Source: a virus. Taken from it: a stretch of 64,000 nucleotides of DNA. The position numbers and the translations under genes were made by a program. The notes beneath the pieces are model-generated. The model did no database searches. It was not told the DNA's origin and worked only from the letters and a program-made list of their open reading frames with translations. Location of the stretch: IMG/VR virus record IMGVR_UViG_3300028374_000796. One strand, given 5' to 3'. This document shows positions 47,471 to 57,124 of this stretch, piece by piece (the first letter of the stretch is position 1; each line of letters begins with the position of its first letter).

Positions 47471-47495
47471 CATAGGAATAAATATCCTCTAATCT
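47467..47495 (+). promoter_or_regulatory. Sigma70-like promoter of the tmRNA-like RNA
   Basis: TTGACA-17 nt-TAATCT, ending 17 nt upstream of the GGGGGTG 5' end. Confidence 0.7.
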
Positions 47496-47512
47496 TGGTT
47501 GGAAGTGACAAA

Positions 47513-47641
47513 GGGGGTGTACTGGTTTCGACTTGGATGTTGAGGCTAATGTAGCATTCAGGAGTTGATCGAACGGCTCCTTAAAAAATCGATCCGTTTA
47601 TAATTGCATCAATCTTCGTTTCCTCCCTACCCGGGAGGATG
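47513..47641 (+). ncRNA. ssrA: tmRNA 5' portion (acceptor 5' strand, D-loop mimic, pseudoknot 1, resume codon); no 3' tRNA-like half
   Basis: GGGGGTGTACTGGTTTCGAC 5' end; pk1 stems AGGAG/CTCCT and GATCGA/TCGATC; ATAATT-GCA resume context at 47606; then a TCCTCCC/GGGAGGA hairpin. Confidence 0.8.
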
Positions 47642-47644
47642 ATT

Positions 47645-49339
47645 CTACCTGTTCAAAAACCAGTTTATAATAAACCAGACCTCATCCAACCCTAGGATGG
47701 GGTCTTTTATTAGGGGCCTATTATACCATGCTATTTGAAAATAAGAACTATCCCGACACTCTCCTATCTGTACGGGACCGTCTTTTTGTATTTCAAAGGT
47801 TCTTTCCACCTCCTCGGGTGGTGTTCCAAACTCCGTAACGACTTCACCACCTCCTTGAAGCGTCTTATACAGATCGATATCTGTAACTTCATCGGGAGAG
47901 GAGGAATACACCTCATTTATGATAGCGTCTAGGATAAACTCTCCTCCCACAGTCTGCCCTCTCAGTAGGATAGAAAAAGCATCGTTTCCGTCAAAAGCCT
48001 CCTTAAAAATAGCAGTACGGTGTTGGGATGTGCATCCATTTGTAGTGATTACAAGGTCTTTTTTGGACCGATCAGTTGGGGAAGTTCGGATCCTCATTAC
48101 AAGTCCGTTATTCCCTGCCTTGAAGATCTTGCAATTGCCTTTTATCCTACCTGATATAAATATTGTATATTCTGAATTTGCTAAGAGAGACCCTAAAGGA
48201 GCAGTAGAACCAATCCCATCTTTTGGATATTGTAGTGCAGGGCCTCCTCCATAATAATCTTTTCTATACTTGGGCCTCAACTCCAAATCTACATGAGAAG
48301 AAAAATCTCTATTGCTATCTGAATTGGAAGCTATTCCTTTCCATGTGGGAACTCGATCGCAGTCGTCAAAATTTTCCTCAGAAGGGTTTGTGGCGGTGTG
48401 CCAAGAGATAACTCCCAGAAGATCTCCAGGATCGTGAGTAGGAATAGCTGTACTCGACGACAAGCTCTTTGATGTCTGCGCACCTGTTCTGATAACTCTT
48501 CCTACAGACTCCGTATCTGAAAGGCTCTGAAGAGTTGAGGAAGACCGAAATTTACCCTCCAAATTAGATGCTATTTGTCTTAGTTCATATTGATATGGCT
48601 TTTTCCTGAGAATTAACATATCTGCAATGTCAGCATCAAGCAATCCATGCCTATCGTGATACCCTAATTGGACCAGACCCGCAGTATTTAATTTTAAGGA
48701 AGACCCTGATACCAAATAAGGGGCATGAGCTTTTAAATCAAAATAAGCCTTTTCATTTAAATTAGGACCAAACGAAAATGAATAGAGTTTCCATTCTCCA
48801 ACCTGAGCCTCAGTTCGGTAGCGGGCACTTCCTTCCCCGGACCTTAATTGTAATTCTACCATATCTCCATTTAGAAAAAGATCTGCGGACGCCGTCCCCA
48901 CTCGAAAAAGAGTTCCTATCCTTATTGGAATCCTAAGTTGATCATTTATGGGATAGGGACGAATACGTACTAGAGCCAGAACTGTTATACTAGTAGTGGA
49001 ATTCTTAACGTGCCTAGCATCTATAATTTCATTGGAGGATAAAAAGTCACCCCTTTCAGAATCGAATTCTAAATAGGACAATGCTTTATGATAATCTCGA
49101 AGAAGCCGTGGACCGGGATTTATGAAGGATGTTAGAGCTAAAGGACCTTCAAAAATTTCGGAATCTATATGTCCGAAATTCTTTTCTACCTCATTTACAT
49201 TATATCGTGCTAGCATATTTCCTGAATATGTGGTAGATATAGTAGTAGAAATAGATCTTGTGGAGACTGAAACAACCGATCCAAAGTTTTCAGAAGAGGA
49301 GATCGAGATTAATTGGGATTTACCTGTAACATTTGCCAT
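47645..49339 (-). CDS. Protein with probable LamG/concanavalin-like beta-sandwich domains (possible virion protein)
   Basis: Two beta-rich repeats ending ...LGY...IADMLIL and ...IGE...IAWYNRPL; family similarity is moderate. Confidence 0.65.
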   Translation of the reverse strand: MANVTGKSQLISISSSENFGSVVSVSTRSISTTISTTYSGNMLARYNVNEVEKNFGHIDSEIFEGPLALTSFINPGPRLLRDYHKALSYLEFDSERGDFLSSNEIIDARHVKNSTTSITVLALVRIRPYPINDQLRIPIRIGTLFRVGTASADLFLNGDMVELQLRSGEGSARYRTEAQVGEWKLYSFSFGPNLNEKAYFDLKAHAPYLVSGSSLKLNTAGLVQLGYHDRHGLLDADIADMLILRKKPYQYELRQIASNLEGKFRSSSTLQSLSDTESVGRVIRTGAQTSKSLSSSTAIPTHDPGDLLGVISWHTATNPSEENFDDCDRVPTWKGIASNSDSNRDFSSHVDLELRPKYRKDYYGGGPALQYPKDGIGSTAPLGSLLANSEYTIFISGRIKGNCKIFKAGNNGLVMRIRTSPTDRSKKDLVITTNGCTSQHRTAIFKEAFDGNDAFSILLRGQTVGGEFILDAIINEVYSSSPDEVTDIDLYKTLQGGGEVVTEFGTPPEEVERTFEIQKDGPVQIGECRDSSYFQIAWYNRPLIKDPILGLDEVWFIINWFLNR

Positions 49340-49453
49340 GATGAAAGATCCTTATAAAATGACTTGCAAATGATAAAATTCTAGGATATGGTACCAGAAT
49401 CAGAATAATACTTCCTTTACTTATAGGAAGAGACCTGGAATTAAATAATAACG

Positions 49454-50767
49454 TTGGAGAAGTTAATGAAGTGGAGTATTGCTCTTAGTCAGTATTTGGG
49501 ATCGAAAGCTGTGGTAGACAAGATCAATCTGCCTCAGAAGTATTATAATATGGTCGATTCCTCTCTAAAGGAGTTGGAAAAATGGTCCACTACATTCAAA
49601 GGTCTGGAGGTCGATAAACCACACACTTATTTCCAGACAGGATTAAATGTGATGAGGAAGATCTCCGTTCCCGAGGAAGAGATCAAAGTCCATACTAAAA
49701 GTCTAATTGTCCGGTATGCAGAGAAAAAAGACTTTGTACGTCTGGAAAACTGCAATACTTTTTTATACTATCAGGATATCATCCGGCGTAATTATAAAAA
49801 AGCGGTCCCTATTATTGAGGGAGACAAGGGAGTTTTCCAGGTAATCCCCATGGACAGCGGAGAAAATTTCCATTTCTATGAACTGAATAAGAAAGACTCC
49901 GAAATGGAATACCTTCCTTTTCTTCCAGATATGACAAAAAAACCCAACCGAAGGCTCGCAGTAGAAAAGTCACTTGCCTCTTTATATTGGGAAAATAGAC
50001 AGATCCTCAAACTTGATTTGAGAAATGATGTCATTGAATTCGATGATGTAGACCACATTGATAGGAAATATGAAGGGGAACTCACCAGCGTTTCGGGTAA
50101 TCTGCTTAGGTGTAGAGACAATGGGATACGGAGGGCTATGCTGTTCCAGGGACCTCCTGGAACGGGCAAGAGTACGCTGGTAGGAAACATTGCAGAGGTA
50201 ATTTCAAAAAGAACAGTGATTCTTACGCATTCCTTTATGGAATGGGTTAATGAGCACCAATGGGATACTCTTCTACGGATTCTTCAACCCGAGATGATTA
50301 TCGTTGATGACATTGATCGCATTTCAAGGGTTATGGAACGGAAGTTGTCTCTTTTCGAGGATCATTACTGTAAAGTTCCTTTCATTCTTATGACTTCGAA
50401 TCATTATAATTTGCTGCCCGATGCTTTTAAACGGCCCGGAAGAATTGATGAGATCATTGAAATGCAAAATCCGGTTCGGAAAATTAGATACGAGGTTATC
50501 CGTTCGATCGCAATGCAGGAGAATATGGAAGTTCCAGATAATCGAATGTCTATTCTTGATGAAATTCACGAAGAATATGCAGGTGCTTATATCGTAGAGC
50601 TTTTGCGTAGAGTAAAAGCTTATGGGTGGGACTATCAAATCCCCGCATATGACTTAACTTTCCGGGAATTAAAAGAAGAAACCCGCGAAAAATGGAATCG
50701 GGGTCCAACAACGGTAAAGATCGATTCGGATGATGACGAACTAGAGGGAGTTGAGGAGACAGTATGA
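49454..50767 (+). CDS. AAA+ ATPase (classic clade, BCS1/FtsH-like), paralog 1
   Basis: TTG start; GPPGTGKS, IIVDDID, MTSN, RPGRID. Confidence 0.88.
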   Translation: MEKLMKWSIALSQYLGSKAVVDKINLPQKYYNMVDSSLKELEKWSTTFKGLEVDKPHTYFQTGLNVMRKISVPEEEIKVHTKSLIVRYAEKKDFVRLENCNTFLYYQDIIRRNYKKAVPIIEGDKGVFQVIPMDSGENFHFYELNKKDSEMEYLPFLPDMTKKPNRRLAVEKSLASLYWENRQILKLDLRNDVIEFDDVDHIDRKYEGELTSVSGNLLRCRDNGIRRAMLFQGPPGTGKSTLVGNIAEVISKRTVILTHSFMEWVNEHQWDTLLRILQPEMIIVDDIDRISRVMERKLSLFEDHYCKVPFILMTSNHYNLLPDAFKRPGRIDEIIEMQNPVRKIRYEVIRSIAMQENMEVPDNRMSILDEIHEEYAGAYIVELLRRVKAYGWDYQIPAYDLTFRELKEETREKWNRGPTTVKIDSDDDELEGVEETV

Positions 50768-52125
50768 GTTATTGGACATCATTTATAGGATGTATAGTTG
50801 CGTCAAAAGTGTTAGTAGACGAAACCAAAATTCCATATCAGTTTTATGAAGCCCTTAAACCTACTGTTTCTGAGATCGAGTCGTGGTCTCAGACTTTTGG
50901 TTCCCTTGAAATAGATAAACCTCACACCTGGGTCAAAACGGGTATGAAAGTGTTAGAAAGAGTCTCACATGTTCGGGATCCTTATAGTAAAATATCAACC
51001 GATTTGATTTCAGAGTCCATGCGTAGATTAGAACATGGATACATAAATTTTGAGGCGGTATCCGATATCATTAGGGAAGCCGTTTTGGAGGCAGACATTA
51101 AGTTGATTTTTGAAGACAAACCCTACCGTCTTTACCATGTGGCTCTTCCTAATAAAACTTCCATGTTTATGAGAACTAGTTGGTCTTATAAAGAATATAT
51201 GACCAATAAAAAAGATACTACGGGATTGGAATGTAAATTTTTTCTTCCTTCTAATATCAAGAAACTTAAACCGGTGTTAGAAGGAATTGGAGATTTGTTC
51301 TGGGAGACTAGAAAGCATCTAGTTTTAGATAAGGTGTCCAGTTACAAAGAGATCTCTTATAAACCTCTTGAAGTAGAAAATAGAGGATATGACGGCGACG
51401 CTTTCGACTACATAGAAGAATGGAAAACTTTTAGGGAAGCTGGGGTTCGCAGGTGTGTACTACTTCAAGGCGATCCAGGGACAGGTAAAAGTACGCTGGC
51501 CCGTGACGCTGCAGCACAGCTCTCTAAAAGAACCCTTCACCTTACCTCAGATTTCTTACTAAACATCGCACGAGATGAATGGAGCATTCTAAACCGAACG
51601 TTACGTCCTGACGTGATCGTAGCAGATGATATTGACCGCATCAGTCATGACCACCTTGCTAATCGACTTCATCTATTTGAAGATGCCTATCATCAAGTTC
51701 CCTTGACTATTTTCACTGCTAACCACTATACTAACCTTCCTGACGCTTTTCTAAGACCGGGAAGGATCGACCAAATATTAGAGCTAGATGGCCCCGATGA
51801 TAGCAGAAAAGCGGAAATATTGAAATCCTTAGCAGCAAAAGAAGGAGTTTTAGATATCCCTAAAGAGAAGATGAAAATACTTCTCAGGGTGTATCAGAAT
51901 TACTCCGGTGCTTATGTGGTAGAATATCTTAGAAGAGTTAAGGTCCTCGGTTGGGATTATCAGATCCCTAAAAAGGACTTGACATTTCAGAAGATCTATG
52001 GTTTTGAAAATGATTTAGAAAACGAAACTTCGCAGGAGAACCTCGTATCTTTTAGGGTTCATTCTGAAGAAGATCGAGACTCAGGACGGAAAACTCTAAA
52101 TATCAACCCGGTCACACTAAATTAA
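50764..52125 (+). CDS. AAA+ ATPase, paralog 2
   Basis: GDPGTGKS, IVADDID, FTAN, RPGRID; 4-nt overlap with paralog 1. Confidence 0.88.
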   Translation: MSYWTSFIGCIVASKVLVDETKIPYQFYEALKPTVSEIESWSQTFGSLEIDKPHTWVKTGMKVLERVSHVRDPYSKISTDLISESMRRLEHGYINFEAVSDIIREAVLEADIKLIFEDKPYRLYHVALPNKTSMFMRTSWSYKEYMTNKKDTTGLECKFFLPSNIKKLKPVLEGIGDLFWETRKHLVLDKVSSYKEISYKPLEVENRGYDGDAFDYIEEWKTFREAGVRRCVLLQGDPGTGKSTLARDAAAQLSKRTLHLTSDFLLNIARDEWSILNRTLRPDVIVADDIDRISHDHLANRLHLFEDAYHQVPLTIFTANHYTNLPDAFLRPGRIDQILELDGPDDSRKAEILKSLAAKEGVLDIPKEKMKILLRVYQNYSGAYVVEYLRRVKVLGWDYQIPKKDLTFQKIYGFENDLENETSQENLVSFRVHSEEDRDSGRKTLNINPVTLN

Positions 52126-52128
52126 ACC

Positions 52129-52908
52129 TTGACAGAAAAAAGGATGTATGATATGTCGAGCCAAACTGAAGATGAAATTTTAGAGTTTTACCAAAGAAGG
52201 AACGAACTGCAACATGAGGTTATATTAGCAGTTCAAAATGGGGATCCCTTAGCTTATATTAATGTTTTTTCGGATAAAGTCCCAGAGATCGTTGAAATTG
52301 ATAAACAGATCTTTGCCTGGGAAAATCAAGGCAATACCTTGAAAGACTTGATTACTAAGGTCAGTCTAGTATCCTCTAGTTCTAATACCGAGTTTGATGA
52401 TTATGAAGGTAATCTTTGTGTAGAACTTATGAATCGGGGTTTCCATTCTTTAACCCCAGATAATAAAGATCGGAAACGAATTGAAGATATGCTGAAAAAA
52501 AGTAGTCCCGAAAGCGCTGCATCTCGAATGCAGCAGGCTACTTCTCATAAGGATAAACTTTTCCGAAGGGGAAAGGTGCTTATGGAAGTGGATAGACCAG
52601 ATCTGGCCAAAGGTTTTTGGACTCAATTGGGAACTGCATTCGGAGTTCCAGCGCCCAAGGCGTGGGGAGGTTCCGGGGTATCTCCTACAGGTCCTAGTAG
52701 CGTAAAAATAAAATCAAAATCTGATTATTCAGATGATGAGAAAATTGATTTTTTCGATTCTATGATGGAAGAGGTAACTTTCAGGTTTCGGGAAGTGGTA
52801 GAAAGAGGGGATGAAATAGAACCCAAAGCAATTTCTACTTTCATTAGGGCCACAACTATGTTAGGGTCAGAAGCGTCTAAGATTATTAACGAAAAACTCA
52901 ATTCGTGA
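52129..52908 (+). CDS. Hypothetical protein
   Basis: 259-aa ORF in the operon. Confidence 0.75.
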   Translation: MTEKRMYDMSSQTEDEILEFYQRRNELQHEVILAVQNGDPLAYINVFSDKVPEIVEIDKQIFAWENQGNTLKDLITKVSLVSSSSNTEFDDYEGNLCVELMNRGFHSLTPDNKDRKRIEDMLKKSSPESAASRMQQATSHKDKLFRRGKVLMEVDRPDLAKGFWTQLGTAFGVPAPKAWGGSGVSPTGPSSVKIKSKSDYSDDEKIDFFDSMMEEVTFRFREVVERGDEIEPKAISTFIRATTMLGSEASKIINEKLNS

Positions 52909-53609
52909 GAAATAAAATGAATAGCTGGAAAAACAAACTTAAAGATAGTCTTAAGAGCGGGTTGAATAAAGCAGTAGACCACGGTCTGGTTTCTACAGTT
53001 AATGCTGTAGGTTCTTTTAATGACAGACACCCCCAAGCAGGAAGAATTGCAGCACAGGCTGCGGGGTCAGTTGCTATTGCAGGACGCAAGGTAACTAAGG
53101 ATCAGATTTTAGGTGCCATGGGAAAATGCGGCAAAAGTGGTGCGGTTGGGGCTGTCATCGACGGTGCTCTAGGTGCGAGCCAAGCAGGAAAAATGTACTA
53201 TAATGGGTTGATTGGGAAAGATATTGTGTTCAAACATATCGCCCAAGAGGCAGGATGTGGTCTTATTTCCTCTGCCGCAGGAACCGCAGGAACCGTAACT
53301 TTTACCTTGATAACCGGATCAATGGGACCCGCTGCTTTAATTACAGGAATGGGTGCTTCCATAGGAACTCGATATATTTACCGTAATATAGTGGACACTG
53401 CCCTCCCTACCGTAGAAGATTTGGAAGAAGAAGAAAACGAAGACGATCTGAATGAGATCTTAGAGAAAATCGAGAACTCGTATCAGCGGCCTCCCTCATT
53501 AGATAATGATGATGATGATGATGATGAAAAAGAGGAAGTAGACGAAGCAGTAAGGGAAAAGGACGGGGCAGAAGCGACGATTAAGGGTATGATGTCCGAA
53601 TCAGAATAA
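52905..53609 (+). CDS. Glycine-zipper membrane protein with acidic tail
   Basis: GAVGAVIDGALG and AGTAGTVTFTLITGSMGPAALITGMGA repeats. Confidence 0.75.
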   Translation: MRNKMNSWKNKLKDSLKSGLNKAVDHGLVSTVNAVGSFNDRHPQAGRIAAQAAGSVAIAGRKVTKDQILGAMGKCGKSGAVGAVIDGALGASQAGKMYYNGLIGKDIVFKHIAQEAGCGLISSAAGTAGTVTFTLITGSMGPAALITGMGASIGTRYIYRNIVDTALPTVEDLEEEENEDDLNEILEKIENSYQRPPSLDNDDDDDDEKEEVDEAVREKDGAEATIKGMMSESE

Positions 53610-53645
53610 TGTTTCAAAACTTTACACGAAAGGTCCTAAATATCC

Positions 53646-53673
53646 TTGACTCAGAAATAATAGACCGTATTAT
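53646..53673 (+). promoter_or_regulatory. Sigma70-like promoter
   Basis: TTGACT-16 nt-TATTAT upstream of the GHKL gene. Confidence 0.5.
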
Positions 53674-53796
53674 TGATTTGCAACATGGAGATGAAAGGAA
53701 GTTGAGACTTCCGCTTAGTTTTTCTGTGAAAACAAACCTCACTTAATAAATGACTAAGCCTGAGCTTAGTCATGACTCTTCTAAAAAGGATACACC

Positions 53797-56061
53797 ATGA
53801 AGACTCGTGAGACTGTTAATCGTCTGTTAAAAGCCGAAAGTGAAGATGAAGTGTCGCAAATTATCCAGTCTGTTCCTGAGATGCGCAATGAGGAAAACTG
53901 GAATCCCTATGGCAACGTCGAAAATAACTTCGGGGTCATCGCCAACCAACAAAGCGATGCGCTCTCTGCATTGGTGGAGAAATTTGTAAACACAACAGAT
54001 GCTCTGATGATGCGCGTGTGCTATGAAAGGGGAATTCACCCGGAGAGTCCAGAAGCTCCAAAGTCTTTGCAGGAAGCCGCAGAATTTTTCTTTGGAGTTC
54101 CTAACGGGAGTCTGGCTAATGTTCCTGACCAGGAACGTCGAAGGGAATTGGCAGATAATGCCTTTCTGGTAGCCACTGGATCTCGTAGCAGGCCCACCTT
54201 GTCGATGATCGATAGAGGAGAGGGTCAGCATCCCCGAGACTTTGAAAGAACGTTTCTGAGCCTCCAGGCGTCCAATAAGCTTCGGATCCCTTTCGTACAG
54301 GGAAGGTTTAATATGGGAGGAACAGGCGCGCTTCCTTTCTGTGGACGTGAGGGGTATCAATTGATCCTCTCTCGTAGACATCCTAATACGGTGCTGGAAG
54401 GCGAAGAGAACCGATGGGGCTGGACTCTGGTAAAACGACGACCCCCTGCCAAAGACGAAAGATCTCCCTCCTATGTGTATTTTCGACTGAATGGCGAGAT
54501 CCCTTCTTTTAAGGCAGGGCCACTTCCTCTTATCCCCCAAGGGGAGGATCCACATGTTCGGGAGTTGGAAGGAGGATCCTATATCAAGATGTATGAATAT
54601 AAGGTATCCCCTGCCACAATCGTAACTGCGGATCTTTATCGTCGATTGAATCTTAAGCTGTTCTACCTACCGGTCCCTATCACGATGTATGAAGCGAGGG
54701 ATTATCAGTCGCATTCAAGGGCGGCTCTTCTGAGCGGACAACGAAATCGGATGGAAGATGTTCGTTTTCGTGAAGATGTTGTGGTACGTCCCGATTTTCC
54801 CATCGAGTCTCGCATTCAGATTCAGAAAGGAGAGTTCATCAACGTTAAGGCATGGCTTCTTAAAGAGGATGTGGTCACTTCTCGTTGGACCCGTCCCTCG
54901 GAAGCTATCTGTTTGACGGTGAATGGACAAACCCATGCCACCTATGATCGTCGTTTTTTCTCTCGCGATAGCGTCCAGAAGGACTATCTCAAAAATCATT
55001 TGATGGTTGAAGTGGATTGTTCGGATCTTTCTACGGATCTCATCAGTGATATTTTCATGGCCTCCAGAGATCGCATCCGAAACATCGAAGAGACTCACAA
55101 AATGGAGAAGGCTCTGGAGCGTATGTTTCGAGAAGATACGACGCTTCAAAAGTATGATACCCTCTGGCGTGAAAAGAAGTTGCGGGAGCGAATGGACGAA
55201 GGAAAGTCTGCTATCGAGATCCTGAAAGGTTTCATGGAAGCAAGTCCCGAGATCGCTGCCCTCCTTGGAAAAGGAAATATGCTGGACATCCCTAAGGGAA
55301 TGGAAACGGATGGCGTTACCCGCCCAGACGATCCCTTTCGGGGGGAGAAATTTCCCAGTCACTTGACCCTGCGCAAGCCGGATAACGGGGTATTAGAAAT
55401 CCCGGAAGGTAAATCTCGAAGCATCATTTATGAAACGGACGTCGAGAATTCCTATATGTCTCGACCTTTTAATCCTGGAACCCTTAATATTGTCAAAGGT
55501 TCCGATTGGGTCCAGACTTCCAGCCTTCGGAGTGGGAACCTTATTCTTAAAATTGTTCCACCCAAAGGATCAGAAGTTGGAGATCACACCGAAGTTGTTA
55601 TTCAACTATCCTCTCCACATGCGGGAGAAACTGGATATTTTGAACGGGCAGTCCAAATTGGAATTGTGGCGGTCATTGAGGATGAAGACAAAGAGCCGAA
55701 AGAACCCAAGGATCCCAAAGATAAATTGAACCTTCCCTTGATTACGGGTATTCGAGAAGATGAGTGGGAGATGTTCGGGTGGGATGAATATTCGGTAGCT
55801 ACTGTTAACACTTATGAGGGTGGGGCAGACATCTATGTCAACTTGGATAATAGGAATCTTCAACACACCCTCCGAAGTCGAGAATACGCGGGAAGGGAAG
55901 AACAGATCGAGAACCTATTCAAAATCGGAGTAGGACTCATCGCCTTCGGTTTGAAAAGCAGGGTAGGAGACGAGTTGCTGGAAGAGACGATGGAAAATGT
56001 TATGGCTACCATCGCATCCGTATGGCTCCCCACGGTCCTCAAACTTCGCCACCTGTTGTGA
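53797..56061 (+). CDS. GHKL (Hsp90/MORC-type) ATPase, paralog 1
   Basis: Bergerat motifs LVEKFVNTTDA, IDRGEG, QGRFNMGGTG; S5-like fold region; Ig-like C-terminal region; IYVNLDN. Confidence 0.8.
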   Translation: MKTRETVNRLLKAESEDEVSQIIQSVPEMRNEENWNPYGNVENNFGVIANQQSDALSALVEKFVNTTDALMMRVCYERGIHPESPEAPKSLQEAAEFFFGVPNGSLANVPDQERRRELADNAFLVATGSRSRPTLSMIDRGEGQHPRDFERTFLSLQASNKLRIPFVQGRFNMGGTGALPFCGREGYQLILSRRHPNTVLEGEENRWGWTLVKRRPPAKDERSPSYVYFRLNGEIPSFKAGPLPLIPQGEDPHVRELEGGSYIKMYEYKVSPATIVTADLYRRLNLKLFYLPVPITMYEARDYQSHSRAALLSGQRNRMEDVRFREDVVVRPDFPIESRIQIQKGEFINVKAWLLKEDVVTSRWTRPSEAICLTVNGQTHATYDRRFFSRDSVQKDYLKNHLMVEVDCSDLSTDLISDIFMASRDRIRNIEETHKMEKALERMFREDTTLQKYDTLWREKKLRERMDEGKSAIEILKGFMEASPEIAALLGKGNMLDIPKGMETDGVTRPDDPFRGEKFPSHLTLRKPDNGVLEIPEGKSRSIIYETDVENSYMSRPFNPGTLNIVKGSDWVQTSSLRSGNLILKIVPPKGSEVGDHTEVVIQLSSPHAGETGYFERAVQIGIVAVIEDEDKEPKEPKDPKDKLNLPLITGIREDEWEMFGWDEYSVATVNTYEGGADIYVNLDNRNLQHTLRSREYAGREEQIENLFKIGVGLIAFGLKSRVGDELLEETMENVMATIASVWLPTVLKLRHLL

Positions 56062-56073
56062 GAATATTAAAAA

Positions 56074-56101
56074 GAGAGGGGGTTTCCCCTCTCCCTTTTT
56101 T
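56074..56101 (+). terminator. Rho-independent terminator
   Basis: GAGAGGGG-GTTT-CCCCTCTC then CCTTTTTT. Confidence 0.8.
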
Positions 56102-56109
56102 ATTTTCAC

Positions 56110-56138
56110 TTGCACTAACCCTCACAATATGTTATACT
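56110..56138 (+). promoter_or_regulatory. Sigma70-like promoter with extended -10
   Basis: TTGCAC-17 nt-(TG)-TATACT. Confidence 0.7.
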
Positions 56139-56239
56139 AATTAAGTTAGTAGGAGACAGTGGACGTCTAAAGATCCCTCCTAACTCTGAAGTAAAAGGCG
56201 TATTAGTGGCGTGAATAGTTTACGTCGTTATTTTAGTAA

Positions 56240-56758
56240 ATGGAGTGTTGTATGAAGTGTTGGGAGATGATTTTTGGAGAAAATTGTTGGGATCGTGATA
56301 TTATCAACATCGTACAGAAAGAGCAGGTGCTAGATATCCCTAAATTGAGAATGAAAAATGCTTATGACCTGATAGCTATTATGAGGATTTTTCTCAAAAT
56401 AGCAGTGAAGCATAAACTGGGATTTGATCGGTGGATTTTTCTTGTGGAGCCTGTGACTAAAGATCCCCGATCCTATCGCATGGAAGTGGAGTCTTATCGT
56501 AAGATCAAATTACTAGCAGGACCCAGGAAGTTGGTCAAGGCTTCAACACAGGTTCAGGCAAACCTACAGGATATCCCCCTTACCCTCCGGTCGAAAATAA
56601 AACAGGACGTGGTGAACAGTATTCACGCCTACGATCAGATCGATAGCCAAGAGATTTATTCCAACAGTTCTAAGGCCATTTTCCAGATCAAACCTCCGTC
56701 CCTAGTTAAGAGAGAACGGATCCTTCGACGCCGGAAACAAGAAGTAGGACCCTCATAA
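56240..56758 (+). CDS. Hypothetical protein
   Basis: 172-aa ORF downstream of the promoter; true start uncertain. Confidence 0.6.
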   Translation: MECCMKCWEMIFGENCWDRDIINIVQKEQVLDIPKLRMKNAYDLIAIMRIFLKIAVKHKLGFDRWIFLVEPVTKDPRSYRMEVESYRKIKLLAGPRKLVKASTQVQANLQDIPLTLRSKIKQDVVNSIHAYDQIDSQEIYSNSSKAIFQIKPPSLVKRERILRRRKQEVGPS

Positions 56759-57124
56759 ATGTGTTATACGATATTAGTGAAAAGTGCTGAGGAGGAGGAA
56801 TACTACCATCTAATGCCGATGGAGTGGGTTCATCATGTTCAAATCCTCATAGATCTCGAAAGAGAATCTGCATCGTACCTGTCTGACTATGTCAAAAATA
56901 TATTTGAAAAGTTTTTCCCTAATAAGTGGAAAGAGATAACTTTTTATACGGAATGGTCCTGGTCGGTATTGATAGTTGGATACGAAGGCACTAAGATATA
57001 TCTACCCAAGGGAGTGCCTGAATGTGTTAGAACCTATGTCATTGCCTTGCTCTATATGTCCAAGGGTAGTGTAGCGGATTTTAATGAACTGTTAAAAAAT
57101 GAGAGAGCGAATTTCGATGTATGA
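56759..57124 (+). CDS. Hypothetical protein (paralog of 57099-57545)
   Basis: YYHLMPM...Y and YVIALLYM...DFNELL motifs. Confidence 0.65.
   Translation: MCYTILVKSAEEEEYYHLMPMEWVHHVQILIDLERESASYLSDYVKNIFEKFFPNKWKEITFYTEWSWSVLIVGYEGTKIYLPKGVPECVRTYVIALLYMSKGSVADFNELLKNERANFDV

Noticed and set aside
47848-47854. CACCTCC could pair with the tmRNA 5' GGGGGTG (including a G3-U wobble) at about the right distance for a full tmRNA
   Set aside because: No TTCRA T-loop or paired T-stem precedes it and no ACCA follows. It is the antisense of GGGEV codons in the 47645-49339 ORF, so it is treated as coincidence.
53827-55362. Long minus-strand ORFs (242 aa and 215 aa) and similar antisense ORFs elsewhere (e.g. 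416-844, 41772-42353)
   Set aside because: They lie fully opposite motif-supported genes, lack RBS or recognisable motifs, and are expected shadows.
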